DNA of 50,609 nt, from assembly GCA_007135125.1 (NCBI GenBank), contig SLJK01000132.1, positions 1 through 50,609 on the forward strand. Reading direction: 5' to 3'. Shown here one piece after another: positions 17,617-27,615 of this stretch. The position numbers and the translations under genes are program-made. The notes under the pieces are model-generated. The model did not search any database. It was not told where the DNA came from and saw only the letters and a list, made by a program, of their open reading frames with translations. The DNA comes from Syntrophomonadaceae bacterium. Its GTDB lineage: Bacteria; Bacillota; Dethiobacteria; DTU022; UBA8154. Numbering within the stretch: position 1 is the stretch's first letter; each line of letters starts with the position of its first letter.

Positions 17617-18492
17617 TTATAACGCCCGCAGGTATTCGGGGCGCAAATGGCGGGTATCTTTTGTGCGAAGCACACTTCGCAGGGATTCCAAGAGTTTTTC
17701 TTTGTCCTGCGGTAGAGTACCCTTTAACGGAAGATAATTTGAAGCATGGTTGCAGCGGAAAACGCAGTTGCTCAGTTCCAGAGGCTCTAACATCATTTCA
17801 ATTTCAGCCAACATCTCCCACGGTTCCGGCATTTCAAATTCTCCCTTTTGTATTTTTCTGGCAATTGTTGTCCCTTCAGGAACCATAAGCGTAAGCAAAC
17901 CCAGGTATTCCGGGTCTATTTCATTAAGCAAAGTAGCGGTATCTATGGCGTGGTCGGCCATTTTTTCCCTTCCTCCGATGCCGTTAATAACCGTCACGGA
18001 CAAAATTAGACCGGCCTGGCGTGCTTTTTTGCCAGCATCAATAATCTCCTGCCTTGTAGCTCCTTTGCGCATCCACTTCAACAGCTCTTCGTTACCGCTT
18101 TCTACACCCAAATAGACTATGGTGAGCCCGGCCTCTTTTAGGCTGGTAAGCTCCTCCAGATCTTTTTCCAAGATGTCATGGGGGGTGGCATAAATACCAA
18201 CACGTTCCACCTGTGGAAAGGTGTTATAAAGCTTCTCCAGTATTTTTAAAAGCTTATCAGTTTTCATGACCAGGGCATCACCGTCGGCCAGAAATACCCT
18301 CTCTACACCCCGGTAGTGTGAAGCTACTTCATCGATGTCGGCATAAATGTCTTCCAATTCTCGTTCACGAAATTTTTTGTCCAGGTAGGAAACGCAAAAA
18401 ATGCATTGATTATGTGAACATCCCAGTGTTACCTGTATAATCAGACTTTTTGCTTCACTGGGTGGGCGGTATACTGCTCCTTCATATCTCAT
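17617..18492 (-). CDS. Radical SAM protein of unknown function (COG1032-like, no B12-binding domain)
   Basis: YRPPSEA.SLIIQVTLGCSHNQCIFC (CxxxCxxC), VFLADGDAL, YLGVESG, CNHASNYL. Confidence 0.88.
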   Translation of the reverse strand: MRYEGAVYRPPSEAKSLIIQVTLGCSHNQCIFCVSYLDKKFRERELEDIYADIDEVASHYRGVERVFLADGDALVMKTDKLLKILEKLYNTFPQVERVGIYATPHDILEKDLEELTSLKEAGLTIVYLGVESGNEELLKWMRKGATRQEIIDAGKKARQAGLILSVTVINGIGGREKMADHAIDTATLLNEIDPEYLGLLTLMVPEGTTIARKIQKGEFEMPEPWEMLAEIEMMLEPLELSNCVFRCNHASNYLPLKGTLPQDKEKLLESLRSVLRTKDTRHLRPEYLRAL

Positions 18493-18621
18493 ATTATCTG
18501 CCAGCAGCCTTTTTCAGGGCGCCGGCTTTCACCTCCTGTAATCCAAAAATAATATTTTGCTCTTTTTATATTATAACATAAAAACTCCTCTCTTTTCTAT
18601 AGGATAGGATAAGCAGGGCAG

Positions 18622-18672
18622 GAACTCTTGTTATAGTTATTTAACTCTTGTTAATTACTTGTTATTTTGTTA
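18622..18672. repeat. Cluster of repeated AACTCTTGTTA / TTGTTA motifs between addA and the radical SAM gene
   Basis: AACTCTTGTTA at 18623 and 18643 (20 bp apart); further TTGTTA at 18659 and 18667. Confidence 0.6.
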
Positions 18673-18683
18673 TGAAAAACACC

Positions 18684-21600
18684 CTAATCCAACCGTAGAG
18701 TGAGATTTTTGTTAAAGAAATAGAGATATTTTTCCTTTACATGTTTTCCCAGTATCTTTTCCATCGCCAATTTATAATAGTCCAATTGGTTAGAAAAGCG
18801 TTTCTTGAGTTCATCTTCTTCTACCCCGGATATATCATCAGTCTTATAATCAATTATCACAAGGCCATCATCCTCTGTTAGAATACAGTCAATTACCCCT
18901 TGCAAAATGATTATCTCCTCTCCCACGGGAAGGCTCAAGGTAAAAGGTATTTCCCGCTGGATTTCCTTCGCTTTCAGCATCCTTTTTCCCAGTGGCGAAA
19001 CTAGGAAGGCCACAATACTCTCTTCACTAACAGCTTCATTCTCGGCCGGAGTCAGCAGCTCTTTTTCTACCATTTCCTGGAGTTGCCTGCCCACTGTATC
19101 TTCCGCTGGAAAAGGGTCTAATCTAAGATGCTGCATTACGGTATGGTAGGCCAAGCCCCTTTCCGTGGCAGTAAGGGTCTTTTCTTTTAAAAAACGAGGA
19201 CGCTGCTGAAGGGAACCAATGTAAGTCCTATAGCTATCTGGCTCCAGGCCATCTTGCCCCTTTAGGCCTAAAGAAGTCAACCTGTTCAACTCAGAAACTG
19301 ATAGTTTGGCAAAACAATTGACTGCCTCCTGGTGGGGATAAGTCCAGAAAAGACGCCTGTCGATCTCAGCTTTCCAGCTCCCTACCGTCGGCATTTTTTG
19401 TAGTTCCTTAAGGCGTTTTCCCCTTTCTGCTCTTTGAATTCCCGCGGAGTTACTATTAATATTTTCGGCAATTTCCTCTTTTTTAAGATCGCCAGGGCTT
19501 ATAATACCAATCTTCCAAGAAGATTGCTCCTGTTCTTCTGGGAAGATACTTATTGAATCAAGCTCGTCTGCTGTAACAGTTATTTCTCTTAATTCTTTCC
19601 CATCGTGATGCCGCATGAGTGGCGGGCCTATCCAGTCCAGGTAGCTGGAGGCTTTAGTTCTGTAATAAGCAGGGAGAATTCTTTCGTTTTCTCCAGCTGC
19701 CTGTGTCCATCTTGAGGCGTCCCTGGTAATATCCCGGGTTGAAGCCACCAGTAACAGCCTTTCTTCAGCCCGGGTCATTGCAACATACAGTATGCGCATT
19801 TCTTCCGCCAAAAGTTCCAGTCGCAGACGGTGCCTGATGGCCAACCAGGGAAGAGTGGGATAAACAATTCTGTTCTCTGCGTCAACATAACGGGGACCGA
19901 ATCCCATGTCTTTGTGCAGCAAGAAGTTTCCAGACATGTTGCGCAGGTTAAACTGTTTGTGCAGTCCTGCCAGGAAGACTACCGGAAATTCCATACCTTT
20001 GCTTTTGTGAACAGTCATGATGCGCACCACATCTTCCGCCTCGCTCAAAGCGCTGGGCTCACCGAAGTCTACACCTTTCTTGCGCATCTTCTCCAGAAAT
20101 TTCATGAAGCGGAAAAGCCCCCTGAAAGTAGTTTCTTCATAGCGCCTGGCACGATCATACAGAGCACGTAGATTGGCCTGCCTCTGAGTACCTCCCGGCA
20201 TTCCTCCTACAAAATCGTAATATCCGCTGTCACGATATATTTGCCAGATCAGATCTGCCAGGGCGCCCTGGCGGGATAATTTTCTCCAATAATCCAGCTT
20301 TTCCTGGAAATGACAAAGTTTTTGCTGCAGAGTTTTTTCGTAACCCGAGCGCTCTTTATTTTCTAGTGTGATTTTAGAACGACAAAAATTCTGTAATGCA
20401 TCGTAATAACTTTTGCGGGGTGCCTCAAGGCGGATTAATGAAAGTTCATGTGCATCCAATCCTACCAGCGGCGAACGCAGTACAGAAGCCAGAGGGATAT
20501 CCTGGAGGGGGTTATCAATAATATGCAAAAGGGATATCATAACTTCTATTTCAGTAGCATTAAAGTAGCCAGTATCTATCTCCGCGTAAACAGGCAGACC
20601 GGCTGCCTGGAGTTCTTCCATAATGGCCGAGGCCCAGTTTTTTGAAGTTCGCAGGAGGATAACCATATCGCGGTATGAAGCGGGTCTCATCTTTTCAGTA
20701 GCACGGTCAAAAATCTGCAGGCCTTCCTCTTTGCCCTTGCCCATTAGTTCCTTAATGCGTTTTGCAATATATCTGCCTTCCAGGGCTGCACTTTCCAGCT
20801 CTTCCTCCTCCAGCTTAGCATTTTTCTCTATTTCATACTCTCCGAGACCCCCTTTTTCAAGGGGGTCTTCAGCTTCATAAAATTTAGTATTATTTATCTT
20901 ATCGTTATCACAGCTGCCGCCTCTTTCCAGTGATAAGTGTTTTCTGTCATGGGTTTCGTAACGCGAGATAAACGCCACCTCGATGGGTGAGGCAGCAGAA
21001 GGATAGGAAGCGCCGCAGTGCAGGTAATCGTGTGTAGTATAACTAACTTCGCCAACCTCTTTATCCATTAGCTGGCTGAATAGAAAGTTGACGCCGGAAA
21101 GAATTTGTTGCCTGCTGCGAAAATTATCCGTAAGTGCAATGATTTTTCCCTTGTGCGGATGCTTTGAGAACTCTGCTTGCTTTTCCAGAAAAAGTTCGGG
21201 TTCTGCCTGTCGAAAACGGTAAATACTCTGGCGCACGTCTCCTACCAAAAAGCGGTTTCCAAAAGGAGTGTTACGGGAAACCAAATTTAAAATTGCTTCC
21301 TGTACCCGGTTTATATCCTGGTACTCATCTACCAGGATTTCTTCATAATTCCGACGGCACTCCAGCGCTGCTTTCGAAGGGACAATTTCTTCTCCCGACA
21401 CAGGAGGGGATTGAGAAAGGATCTGCAGTGCATAGTGCTCCAGGTCGGAAAAATCGGCCGATTTTTTCTCATATTTTATCCGGCTGTAGCGCTTTTTGAA
21501 TTCCTTGACCAGTGCTGCAGCCTCTTCAAGGAGGGGTGAGAGAGAGCGTAATTGATGCAGCTGCTCATCCAGTGAACGTCCGCATATTTCACTGCGCAGC

Positions 21601-22589
21601 CTATATAAATCATTTTTGCAGCTATCCCTGAGAGAAATAGCCTTTTTCTTTAACTCTTCCTTAAAATGTTGACCTCTGCAGCGTTTAAGTTTCTCAAAAG
21701 TTATTTGATGCATGGAGGAAACAAGTTCTTCCCAGGAAATATCACAAGCCAGAAGAGCCCTGTGGATCATATCTCTTTCTATCTCAAGGTTGACACGGTA
21801 GGGTTGAGGCCCTCCAGGTTTTGCGGTAAGTTCAAGTGCTTCTTGCAAACGCTTCTCCATGCTTTCAAGCTCCCTCCGGAAGACGACCAACAAAAACGAT
21901 CCCCAGCTGTTTTGGGCAGGGTTTTGATGAAGAGAGCTAAATTCCTTCGCAATTTCGTTCAGCCATAATTCCGGCCACAGATGACCCCTGGCCATGGTAT
22001 AGATGTGCAGCAACAGTTCCTGAAGCGGCCCATCTCCTTTTTCGCCGCTGTAACAATCTACAAGCTTATAAAAGGGGCTGTGGACCCCGTTATTTTGATA
22101 ACGTTCTTCCAAAAGTTCTTCCATGATATCAGTCTGCAGCAGCTGTGCTTCTGTTTCATCCAAGATACGAAAGGCCGGGTCAAAGCCATGCAGGTAGTAG
22201 TATTTTTTGATAAGCTCCATGCAAAAGGAATGGACCGTGCTGATAGAGGCACGGTTGAGAAGTAGGAACTGTCTTCGCAGGTGTGCGTTTAAGGGCTCTT
22301 CAGTTAAAGCGTTTTTCAAGGCAGTTCCCAGGCGCTGTTTCATTTCAGAGGCAGCGGCCTTGGTGAATGTAACCACGAGTAGTCGGTCAATGTCCAGAGG
22401 ACGGTCTAAGTCTTTTATCCGCTGCAAGATGCGATATACCAGCACCCTGGTTTTTCCTGAGCCTGCCCCTGCTTTTACTAAAAAATCTTTTCCACGTCCT
22501 GTTATTGCTTCCCACTGCTGGTTCGTCCAGGTGCTTCCTGGCGGTTTAGCAAGATAAGTGCCAGTTTCTTGCAAAGGGTCATCGTTCAC
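18684..22589 (-). CDS. addA: ATP-dependent helicase/nuclease subunit A
   Basis: AGAGSGKT, VTFTKAAASEM, VDEYQD, VGDVRQSIYRFR, MTVHKSKGMEF, nuclease QGVIDC...IIDYKTD. Confidence 0.97.
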   Translation of the reverse strand: MNDDPLQETGTYLAKPPGSTWTNQQWEAITGRGKDFLVKAGAGSGKTRVLVYRILQRIKDLDRPLDIDRLLVVTFTKAAASEMKQRLGTALKNALTEEPLNAHLRRQFLLLNRASISTVHSFCMELIKKYYYLHGFDPAFRILDETEAQLLQTDIMEELLEERYQNNGVHSPFYKLVDCYSGEKGDGPLQELLLHIYTMARGHLWPELWLNEIAKEFSSLHQNPAQNSWGSFLLVVFRRELESMEKRLQEALELTAKPGGPQPYRVNLEIERDMIHRALLACDISWEELVSSMHQITFEKLKRCRGQHFKEELKKKAISLRDSCKNDLYRLRSEICGRSLDEQLHQLRSLSPLLEEAAALVKEFKKRYSRIKYEKKSADFSDLEHYALQILSQSPPVSGEEIVPSKAALECRRNYEEILVDEYQDINRVQEAILNLVSRNTPFGNRFLVGDVRQSIYRFRQAEPELFLEKQAEFSKHPHKGKIIALTDNFRSRQQILSGVNFLFSQLMDKEVGEVSYTTHDYLHCGASYPSAASPIEVAFISRYETHDRKHLSLERGGSCDNDKINNTKFYEAEDPLEKGGLGEYEIEKNAKLEEEELESAALEGRYIAKRIKELMGKGKEEGLQIFDRATEKMRPASYRDMVILLRTSKNWASAIMEELQAAGLPVYAEIDTGYFNATEIEVMISLLHIIDNPLQDIPLASVLRSPLVGLDAHELSLIRLEAPRKSYYDALQNFCRSKITLENKERSGYEKTLQQKLCHFQEKLDYWRKLSRQGALADLIWQIYRDSGYYDFVGGMPGGTQRQANLRALYDRARRYEETTFRGLFRFMKFLEKMRKKGVDFGEPSALSEAEDVVRIMTVHKSKGMEFPVVFLAGLHKQFNLRNMSGNFLLHKDMGFGPRYVDAENRIVYPTLPWLAIRHRLRLELLAEEMRILYVAMTRAEERLLLVASTRDITRDASRWTQAAGENERILPAYYRTKASSYLDWIGPPLMRHHDGKELREITVTADELDSISIFPEEQEQSSWKIGIISPGDLKKEEIAENINSNSAGIQRAERGKRLKELQKMPTVGSWKAEIDRRLFWTYPHQEAVNCFAKLSVSELNRLTSLGLKGQDGLEPDSYRTYIGSLQQRPRFLKEKTLTATERGLAYHTVMQHLRLDPFPAEDTVGRQLQEMVEKELLTPAENEAVSEESIVAFLVSPLGKRMLKAKEIQREIPFTLSLPVGEEIIILQGVIDCILTEDDGLVIIDYKTDDISGVEEDELKKRFSNQLDYYKLAMEKILGKHVKEKYLYFFNKNLTLRLD

Positions 22590-22627
22590 TATTTTTCTCT
22601 CCCCTTACCTCATTTATGTTTAAGTCT

Positions 22628-25600
22628 TCATTCTTTGTGATCTTCTGCTGTTTTTCCCGCTGACTCCTCTATCAAGGACCAGAATTGCTTTTCTTCTACT
22701 GCTTGTAGCTGACGGAAGTTGTTACATTCCAGCAGGGTATCAAACTGACAAACTGGTTTATAAGGACAGTGAGTACAGGACCTTCTATTGTTCAAGCGGT
22801 AGGGACTGATATCAACGCGACCAGATGTTATACCTGAGGCAATCTTTTCGATAATCTTTCGCACATATCTTCGCAGCTGTTCAAACTGTTCCGGTACCAT
22901 GGAGGAAGATTTTTCGTATAGTTCGTCATTTATTTTTAAGCCAGCAGGAATAACTGAGGAATAACCTTTTTCGAGGGAGTTATCCATCAAACGTACTACC
23001 CGGGCGTCATGCATGATTCTACCTTTAAGTTTGTGATTTTTGAGTATTTTTTCTTCTATTTCGTTTGGAGCAAGAGCTTCCGTGGTGCTAATTAAAGGAC
23101 TGTAAAGAGGGAAGAAAAACATACCAGCCGGTAGGACATTTTGTTGAAGCCATTCTTTGGACCAGGTCATGACAACATCCAGATAGACTATTAACTGCAG
23201 CGAAAGACCATAGTAAATTTCCTTGAGATCCAGTTCGCTGCCACCGGACTTGTAATCAATTACGCGGATAAATGCTTCTCCTTTTTCGTCCCAGGCCAGA
23301 TCAACTCTGTCGATTCTCCCTTCTAACTCAATGGCAAAGCCATTCTGGAGCGTGAAAGTAATGGCTGGGAGTTCGCCCTTTCCTCCGAAGGAAATCTCTA
23401 CTCCGACTGGCGTGAAGCTGCCGCGCCGCGCGTGTTCACCCAAAATATAAACTGTCCTTCCCACGGTGCGTTTTATCTTTTCAGTCAGGTATCTGTAGCG
23501 ACCACTACTCAGCAGTATCTCTTCTTGCATAAAAGGAACCAGTTTTTTTACTTCTTCTGCGGCCAGTTTGTAGGATTGATCCCGGCTTAGCTCTGCCCAG
23601 TCCTTTTTCTGCTCTTGCAGGGTAAAGGCAATATCACGTAAAGCAGCATGAAAAAAGCGACCCAGGTCGGGCAATTTTAAGCTGTAGACTTGCCTTTCTT
23701 CAAGCTTTAGCCCGTGGGAAGCAAAATGAGAGAAAGGGCAGGCGCTGAATTTTTCCAGCCTGGAAATGCTGGTTTGAAGGCTGTCGCCATAAAGGCGCCT
23801 GCTCAGTGTTTTGTCAAGGCTTTTTTCTGTATTGCTGTAAAAAACACTTTCCAGCATTTTTTTGCAGTAAGAATGCCACTCCTTTTGTTCAGTGTACCAG
23901 TTATAGACCTCCCACCAGAGAGGATATATTTCTGATTCCTTCTGAAAGCGATTCAACTGTAAAAGCAGCTGAGAAAAAGTCTTCTCAGGGCGGGTGACAA
24001 ATGGCAGTACCATTGTCGCGTAATTATGCATTTCCTCGTCACTTGTCCACAACTTATCTTGCGGAAAGATGTTATTTTGCCCATCAGAAATAAGAGCTTC
24101 GGACGAGAAGTCATCCGCGGCAGATAAAATTGGCGGCTCTGTTTTTAAATGTTCTTCCTGTAATTCGGGGAAAAGCTCTTTGATTTGGGTAATCAGTAGC
24201 GATGGCGCCAGTGTTGTTCCTTCTTCGTCTGCCAGGGCATAGCTAAGTCGCAGTTCGTCAGAGGCTCGGGTAAGGGCCACATAGATCAGGAACTGCTCAT
24301 CTAATAACTGGCGCCGGCTGCCGGGGGGGATATCCAACCCCCAGCTCTGAAGTTTTTCCCGCTCTCCATCGGTAAATATCTCGTTCTCGCCAGAAGGTGA
24401 GGGTATACTCCCTTCATTTACTCCAAGGATAAAAGAGCATTTTACACTGCTGGTTCTTGTACGTTCCATGTTTCCAACAAGGACCTGATCCAGTGAGGGA
24501 GGTACCAGGCTAAAATACAGGCTGTCCAGTCCGGCATCCAGGAGACGGCTAAAAAACTCTGTTGTGATTTCTTCATCTCCCATAATTTCCACCATCTGGT
24601 CCAAAAGCCCCAACAAGCCTTCATAAACCTGGCCGTGTTCCCGAGCTTCTTGCAAAGAACCTTGTTCAGTAGCTTCCTTAATCCAGCTTTCCAGGCGGGG
24701 CTGAATCTCTACCTCCAATAATAGCTGGTAGAGGGCCAGGCATTTTTCTCGCACGGTAGAAATGCCTTTAATATCCTGGTGGAATTTTAACAGCGGGGTC
24801 ACAAGCCTTTGTCTGGTAGCGTCTATCAGTTTTAAGTATCGTTTTTCCCCGGGATTCAGCCTGCTAAAAGAGCTTTCTCCCTCTAATCTTTCATTTCTGT
24901 TATTTTTCTCAATATCCAGCATGTCTTTTTTTCGAAAATCCCATGGTTCTTTCTGTGACCATTTTTCTCCCTGTATGCCAAATGCAAGGACATAATTTTC
25001 CAAACGGTCTACCCTTTCTCTCCATTTTTTACTGCTGGCAAGAGGAAGAGGGAAGTCCGTCTTCAAGCAGCGAAATATGTCTTCATAACACCACCTACGG
25101 TTAACAAGTTCCAGGGCGGAACATACAAATTCGCACAAAGGATGGTTTCTGGCTGGACGCTCCTTGTCCAAAAAATAGGGTATTTGGTACTCCGCAAAAA
25201 TGGAGGCAATTAAAAGACGGTAATGTTCCAGATCGCCAGCCATAACGACAATATCTCGCCAGCGATATCCACGATCACGCACCAACGAGAGGACATCTCT
25301 GGCCAAGGACTCTACTTCGCAACGACGGTTAGTGGAAAAAACCAGGCGCAGAGGGGTTTTATTATAGGGGTTATTTATAATGGTATCTTTTTCAGGGGAA
25401 AATGAATATTTCTTTGTAGAATAATTATACAGATGCTGCTCCAGGAAAGAGAGGGCTTGGTTTGAACTAAATCGTGTCTGCCTTTTACCAGGCAGCATTT
25501 CTATGTGAACAAGGATGTTCTTTTTCTCCGACAAGTGCCGAAGCTTGTTGCAGGTGAGCGCTGAGGAATAAAAGGTATCCATCTGGTCCACTTTTTCATC

Positions 25601-26335
25601 GGCAGAACAGTCACGATCCAAGCACAGAGTTACATTCAACTGAGAACACTCTTGTAATAGTTTGACCAGAACGGAGTATTCCTGATTAGTAAAACTATAA
25701 AAACCATCTGCCCAAATCACAGCATTTTTTAAGAAAGCTGAAGCCGGTATTTTCAGAGTTAGCAAGGTAAGGTAGTCTTCATTGTCCAGGTAATGGTTTT
25801 CAAGAATATCCTCCATCTCACCAAAAAGAAAAAGTAGATCTTCCAGCTTTTCTCTATAGTGGAGTGTGGACTCTTCGCTAGGCGGTTCCATGGCCCAAGC
25901 ATGGTTAAGTGCCCGCAGGCGGCCAAGAGTAACATTGGAACGCTTGAGCTCGCTGTAAAACTGCAGCAGGTTTTGGGTAGCACCACTTTGTTTAGAAACA
26001 CCTTTAAAAACCTGAAGATCTTTCTGACGGCGTTCCATAATTTTCTGCAGCAGCATGCTTTTACCCGTGTCATCAAGAAAAAGGCGTTTATGGCCACCTG
26101 TTTCTTGTAACACTCTCCAGGCCAGACGCCTGAAACTAAGTGCCTGAGCCCGGATTGCACCACCACTGGGTGAATACCCGGCCAGTGTAGTTTCTGCCTG
26201 AAAGGTGGCTTGCTCTGGAACCAGGTAGATAAGGGATGCACCGCGGGGAGAACGGCGTAACTCGTCAGTAATTTCCTCCAAGCAAAGGGAACTTTTTCCA
26301 CTTCCGGCCCTGCCCAGGATAAGACGGAGGCCCAT
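22628..26335 (-). CDS. addB: ATP-dependent helicase/nuclease subunit B
   Basis: GRAGSGKS, LVPEQATF, SISRLEKFSACPF, GRIDRVD, IDYKSG, C-terminal CTHCPYKPVCQFD Fe-S cysteines. Confidence 0.97.
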   Translation of the reverse strand: MGLRLILGRAGSGKSSLCLEEITDELRRSPRGASLIYLVPEQATFQAETTLAGYSPSGGAIRAQALSFRRLAWRVLQETGGHKRLFLDDTGKSMLLQKIMERRQKDLQVFKGVSKQSGATQNLLQFYSELKRSNVTLGRLRALNHAWAMEPPSEESTLHYREKLEDLLFLFGEMEDILENHYLDNEDYLTLLTLKIPASAFLKNAVIWADGFYSFTNQEYSVLVKLLQECSQLNVTLCLDRDCSADEKVDQMDTFYSSALTCNKLRHLSEKKNILVHIEMLPGKRQTRFSSNQALSFLEQHLYNYSTKKYSFSPEKDTIINNPYNKTPLRLVFSTNRRCEVESLARDVLSLVRDRGYRWRDIVVMAGDLEHYRLLIASIFAEYQIPYFLDKERPARNHPLCEFVCSALELVNRRWCYEDIFRCLKTDFPLPLASSKKWRERVDRLENYVLAFGIQGEKWSQKEPWDFRKKDMLDIEKNNRNERLEGESSFSRLNPGEKRYLKLIDATRQRLVTPLLKFHQDIKGISTVREKCLALYQLLLEVEIQPRLESWIKEATEQGSLQEAREHGQVYEGLLGLLDQMVEIMGDEEITTEFFSRLLDAGLDSLYFSLVPPSLDQVLVGNMERTRTSSVKCSFILGVNEGSIPSPSGENEIFTDGEREKLQSWGLDIPPGSRRQLLDEQFLIYVALTRASDELRLSYALADEEGTTLAPSLLITQIKELFPELQEEHLKTEPPILSAADDFSSEALISDGQNNIFPQDKLWTSDEEMHNYATMVLPFVTRPEKTFSQLLLQLNRFQKESEIYPLWWEVYNWYTEQKEWHSYCKKMLESVFYSNTEKSLDKTLSRRLYGDSLQTSISRLEKFSACPFSHFASHGLKLEERQVYSLKLPDLGRFFHAALRDIAFTLQEQKKDWAELSRDQSYKLAAEEVKKLVPFMQEEILLSSGRYRYLTEKIKRTVGRTVYILGEHARRGSFTPVGVEISFGGKGELPAITFTLQNGFAIELEGRIDRVDLAWDEKGEAFIRVIDYKSGGSELDLKEIYYGLSLQLIVYLDVVMTWSKEWLQQNVLPAGMFFFPLYSPLISTTEALAPNEIEEKILKNHKLKGRIMHDARVVRLMDNSLEKGYSSVIPAGLKINDELYEKSSSMVPEQFEQLRRYVRKIIEKIASGITSGRVDISPYRLNNRRSCTHCPYKPVCQFDTLLECNNFRQLQAVEEKQFWSLIEESAGKTAEDHKE

Positions 26336-26336
26336 T

Positions 26337-27569
26337 TTAGAGCCTGCCTTTTCCTCCTGGACAATCGTCCAGGATAAAATAATCCATCAGGGTGAATCCC
26401 TGCTGAAGGTGCCTTCCCTGCATTGCCAGTTTTTCATTGAAACTAATCTGTCGGTTATGTTCCGGGTTGCCCTTACGGTAGATAACGAAAGGGACTGCTT
26501 CCGAGGTGTGCGTCCTTAAAGCGAGGGGGGTTGGGTGATCTGCGAGTACCATTATCTTGACATCTTTAAAACTATCCAATCCGCCCAATACCTCTCCTAC
26601 AACTTTCTCATCGATTTCTTCAATGGCTTTGATCTTGGTTTCCAACTCGCCGCGATGTCCTGCTTCATCCGGTGCTTCGATATGGATGAATACAAAATCA
26701 TTCCCGGCGTGAAGTTTCTCCAAGGCTTTTAGAGCCTTGCCTCTGTAATTGGTATTAATATTTCCGGTGGCCCCGGACACTTCTGCAACAGAGAGCCCGG
26801 CACAAAGTCCTAAGCCCTTTACCAGGTCAACAGCGGAGATAACTGTTCCTTCCAGGGCATATTTTTGGGCAAAGCTGTCTAAGAAAAGCCGTGTTCCCTG
26901 GCCCCAAATCCATATAGAAGAGGCGATGCCCAAGCCTCTTTTCGCTCTTTCCTTGTTCACCGCATGTTCCGGAAGGAAAGTAGAACTGTTTTCCATTAAC
27001 TCCAGTATTACATCCGCTCCTGCTCCACGGGGAAGGTACCCGCCGATCTCCAACCCGGATATATCGTGAGGGGGTATCAGGACAATATCACCGGCCCCTT
27101 CCTGCCACACCATCAGGTGACGATAGCTAACTCCGGCGTGAAAATGAAATTTTTCTGTTCCCAGCCGAGAAGAAATTTCTTCCAGAAGACTTGCTGCTTC
27201 TTTAGTGCTTATTTCGTCGGCACTATAATCAAGCATTACTCTTTTACTATAATATTCTTCCTGGGAGAGGGTTACCAGGTTACAGCGAAAGGCCACATCT
27301 TTTTCTCCCAGATCAACTCCCATGGCCACAGCTTCAATGGGTGCCCTGCCGGTATAATATCGAAGTGGATCATATCCCAGAAGAGAAAGATTGGCCACGT
27401 CGCTTCCGGCAGGCATGCCTTCCGGCACATTGCTGGTAGTTCCCACCTCTCCGCGGCGGCACATCATGTCCATGTGTGGAGTATGTGCATACTCCAGTGG
27501 GGTCAGCCCACCGATTTCATCTATAGGGTAATCGGGCATACCGTCGCCTACAATTACAACATATTTCAT
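26337..27569 (-). CDS. apgM: Archaeal-type cofactor-independent phosphoglycerate mutase (ApgM; TIGR02535-like)
   Basis: GDGMPD, TPLE.A.TP..D, GSDVANLS.LGYDP, GRAPIEA, HIEAPDEAGH, ADHPTP, HTSEAVP. Confidence 0.88.
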   Translation of the reverse strand: MKYVVIVGDGMPDYPIDEIGGLTPLEYAHTPHMDMMCRRGEVGTTSNVPEGMPAGSDVANLSLLGYDPLRYYTGRAPIEAVAMGVDLGEKDVAFRCNLVTLSQEEYYSKRVMLDYSADEISTKEAASLLEEISSRLGTEKFHFHAGVSYRHLMVWQEGAGDIVLIPPHDISGLEIGGYLPRGAGADVILELMENSSTFLPEHAVNKERAKRGLGIASSIWIWGQGTRLFLDSFAQKYALEGTVISAVDLVKGLGLCAGLSVAEVSGATGNINTNYRGKALKALEKLHAGNDFVFIHIEAPDEAGHRGELETKIKAIEEIDEKVVGEVLGGLDSFKDVKIMVLADHPTPLALRTHTSEAVPFVIYRKGNPEHNRQISFNEKLAMQGRHLQQGFTLMDYFILDDCPGGKGRL

Positions 27570-27615
27570 GTATTAATCCCTCCTAGAAAACAACAAACAG
27601 CTGGCTGAGGTTCCT

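Noticed and set aside
18493-18540. Strong AGGAGGTG about 37 nt upstream of the radical SAM ATG, with a possible 12-codon uORF ending TAA-T-ATG
   Set aside because: No start codon at proper SD spacing; cannot be supported
25759-26364. 201-aa alternative-frame ORF overlapping addB
   Set aside because: Shadow frame of a well-supported gene; no recognisable motifs or SD
27066-27608. 180-aa plus-strand ORF, and the many other 60-140 aa plus-strand ORFs in the track
   Set aside because: Antisense to confident genes, with no family motifs; expected by chance
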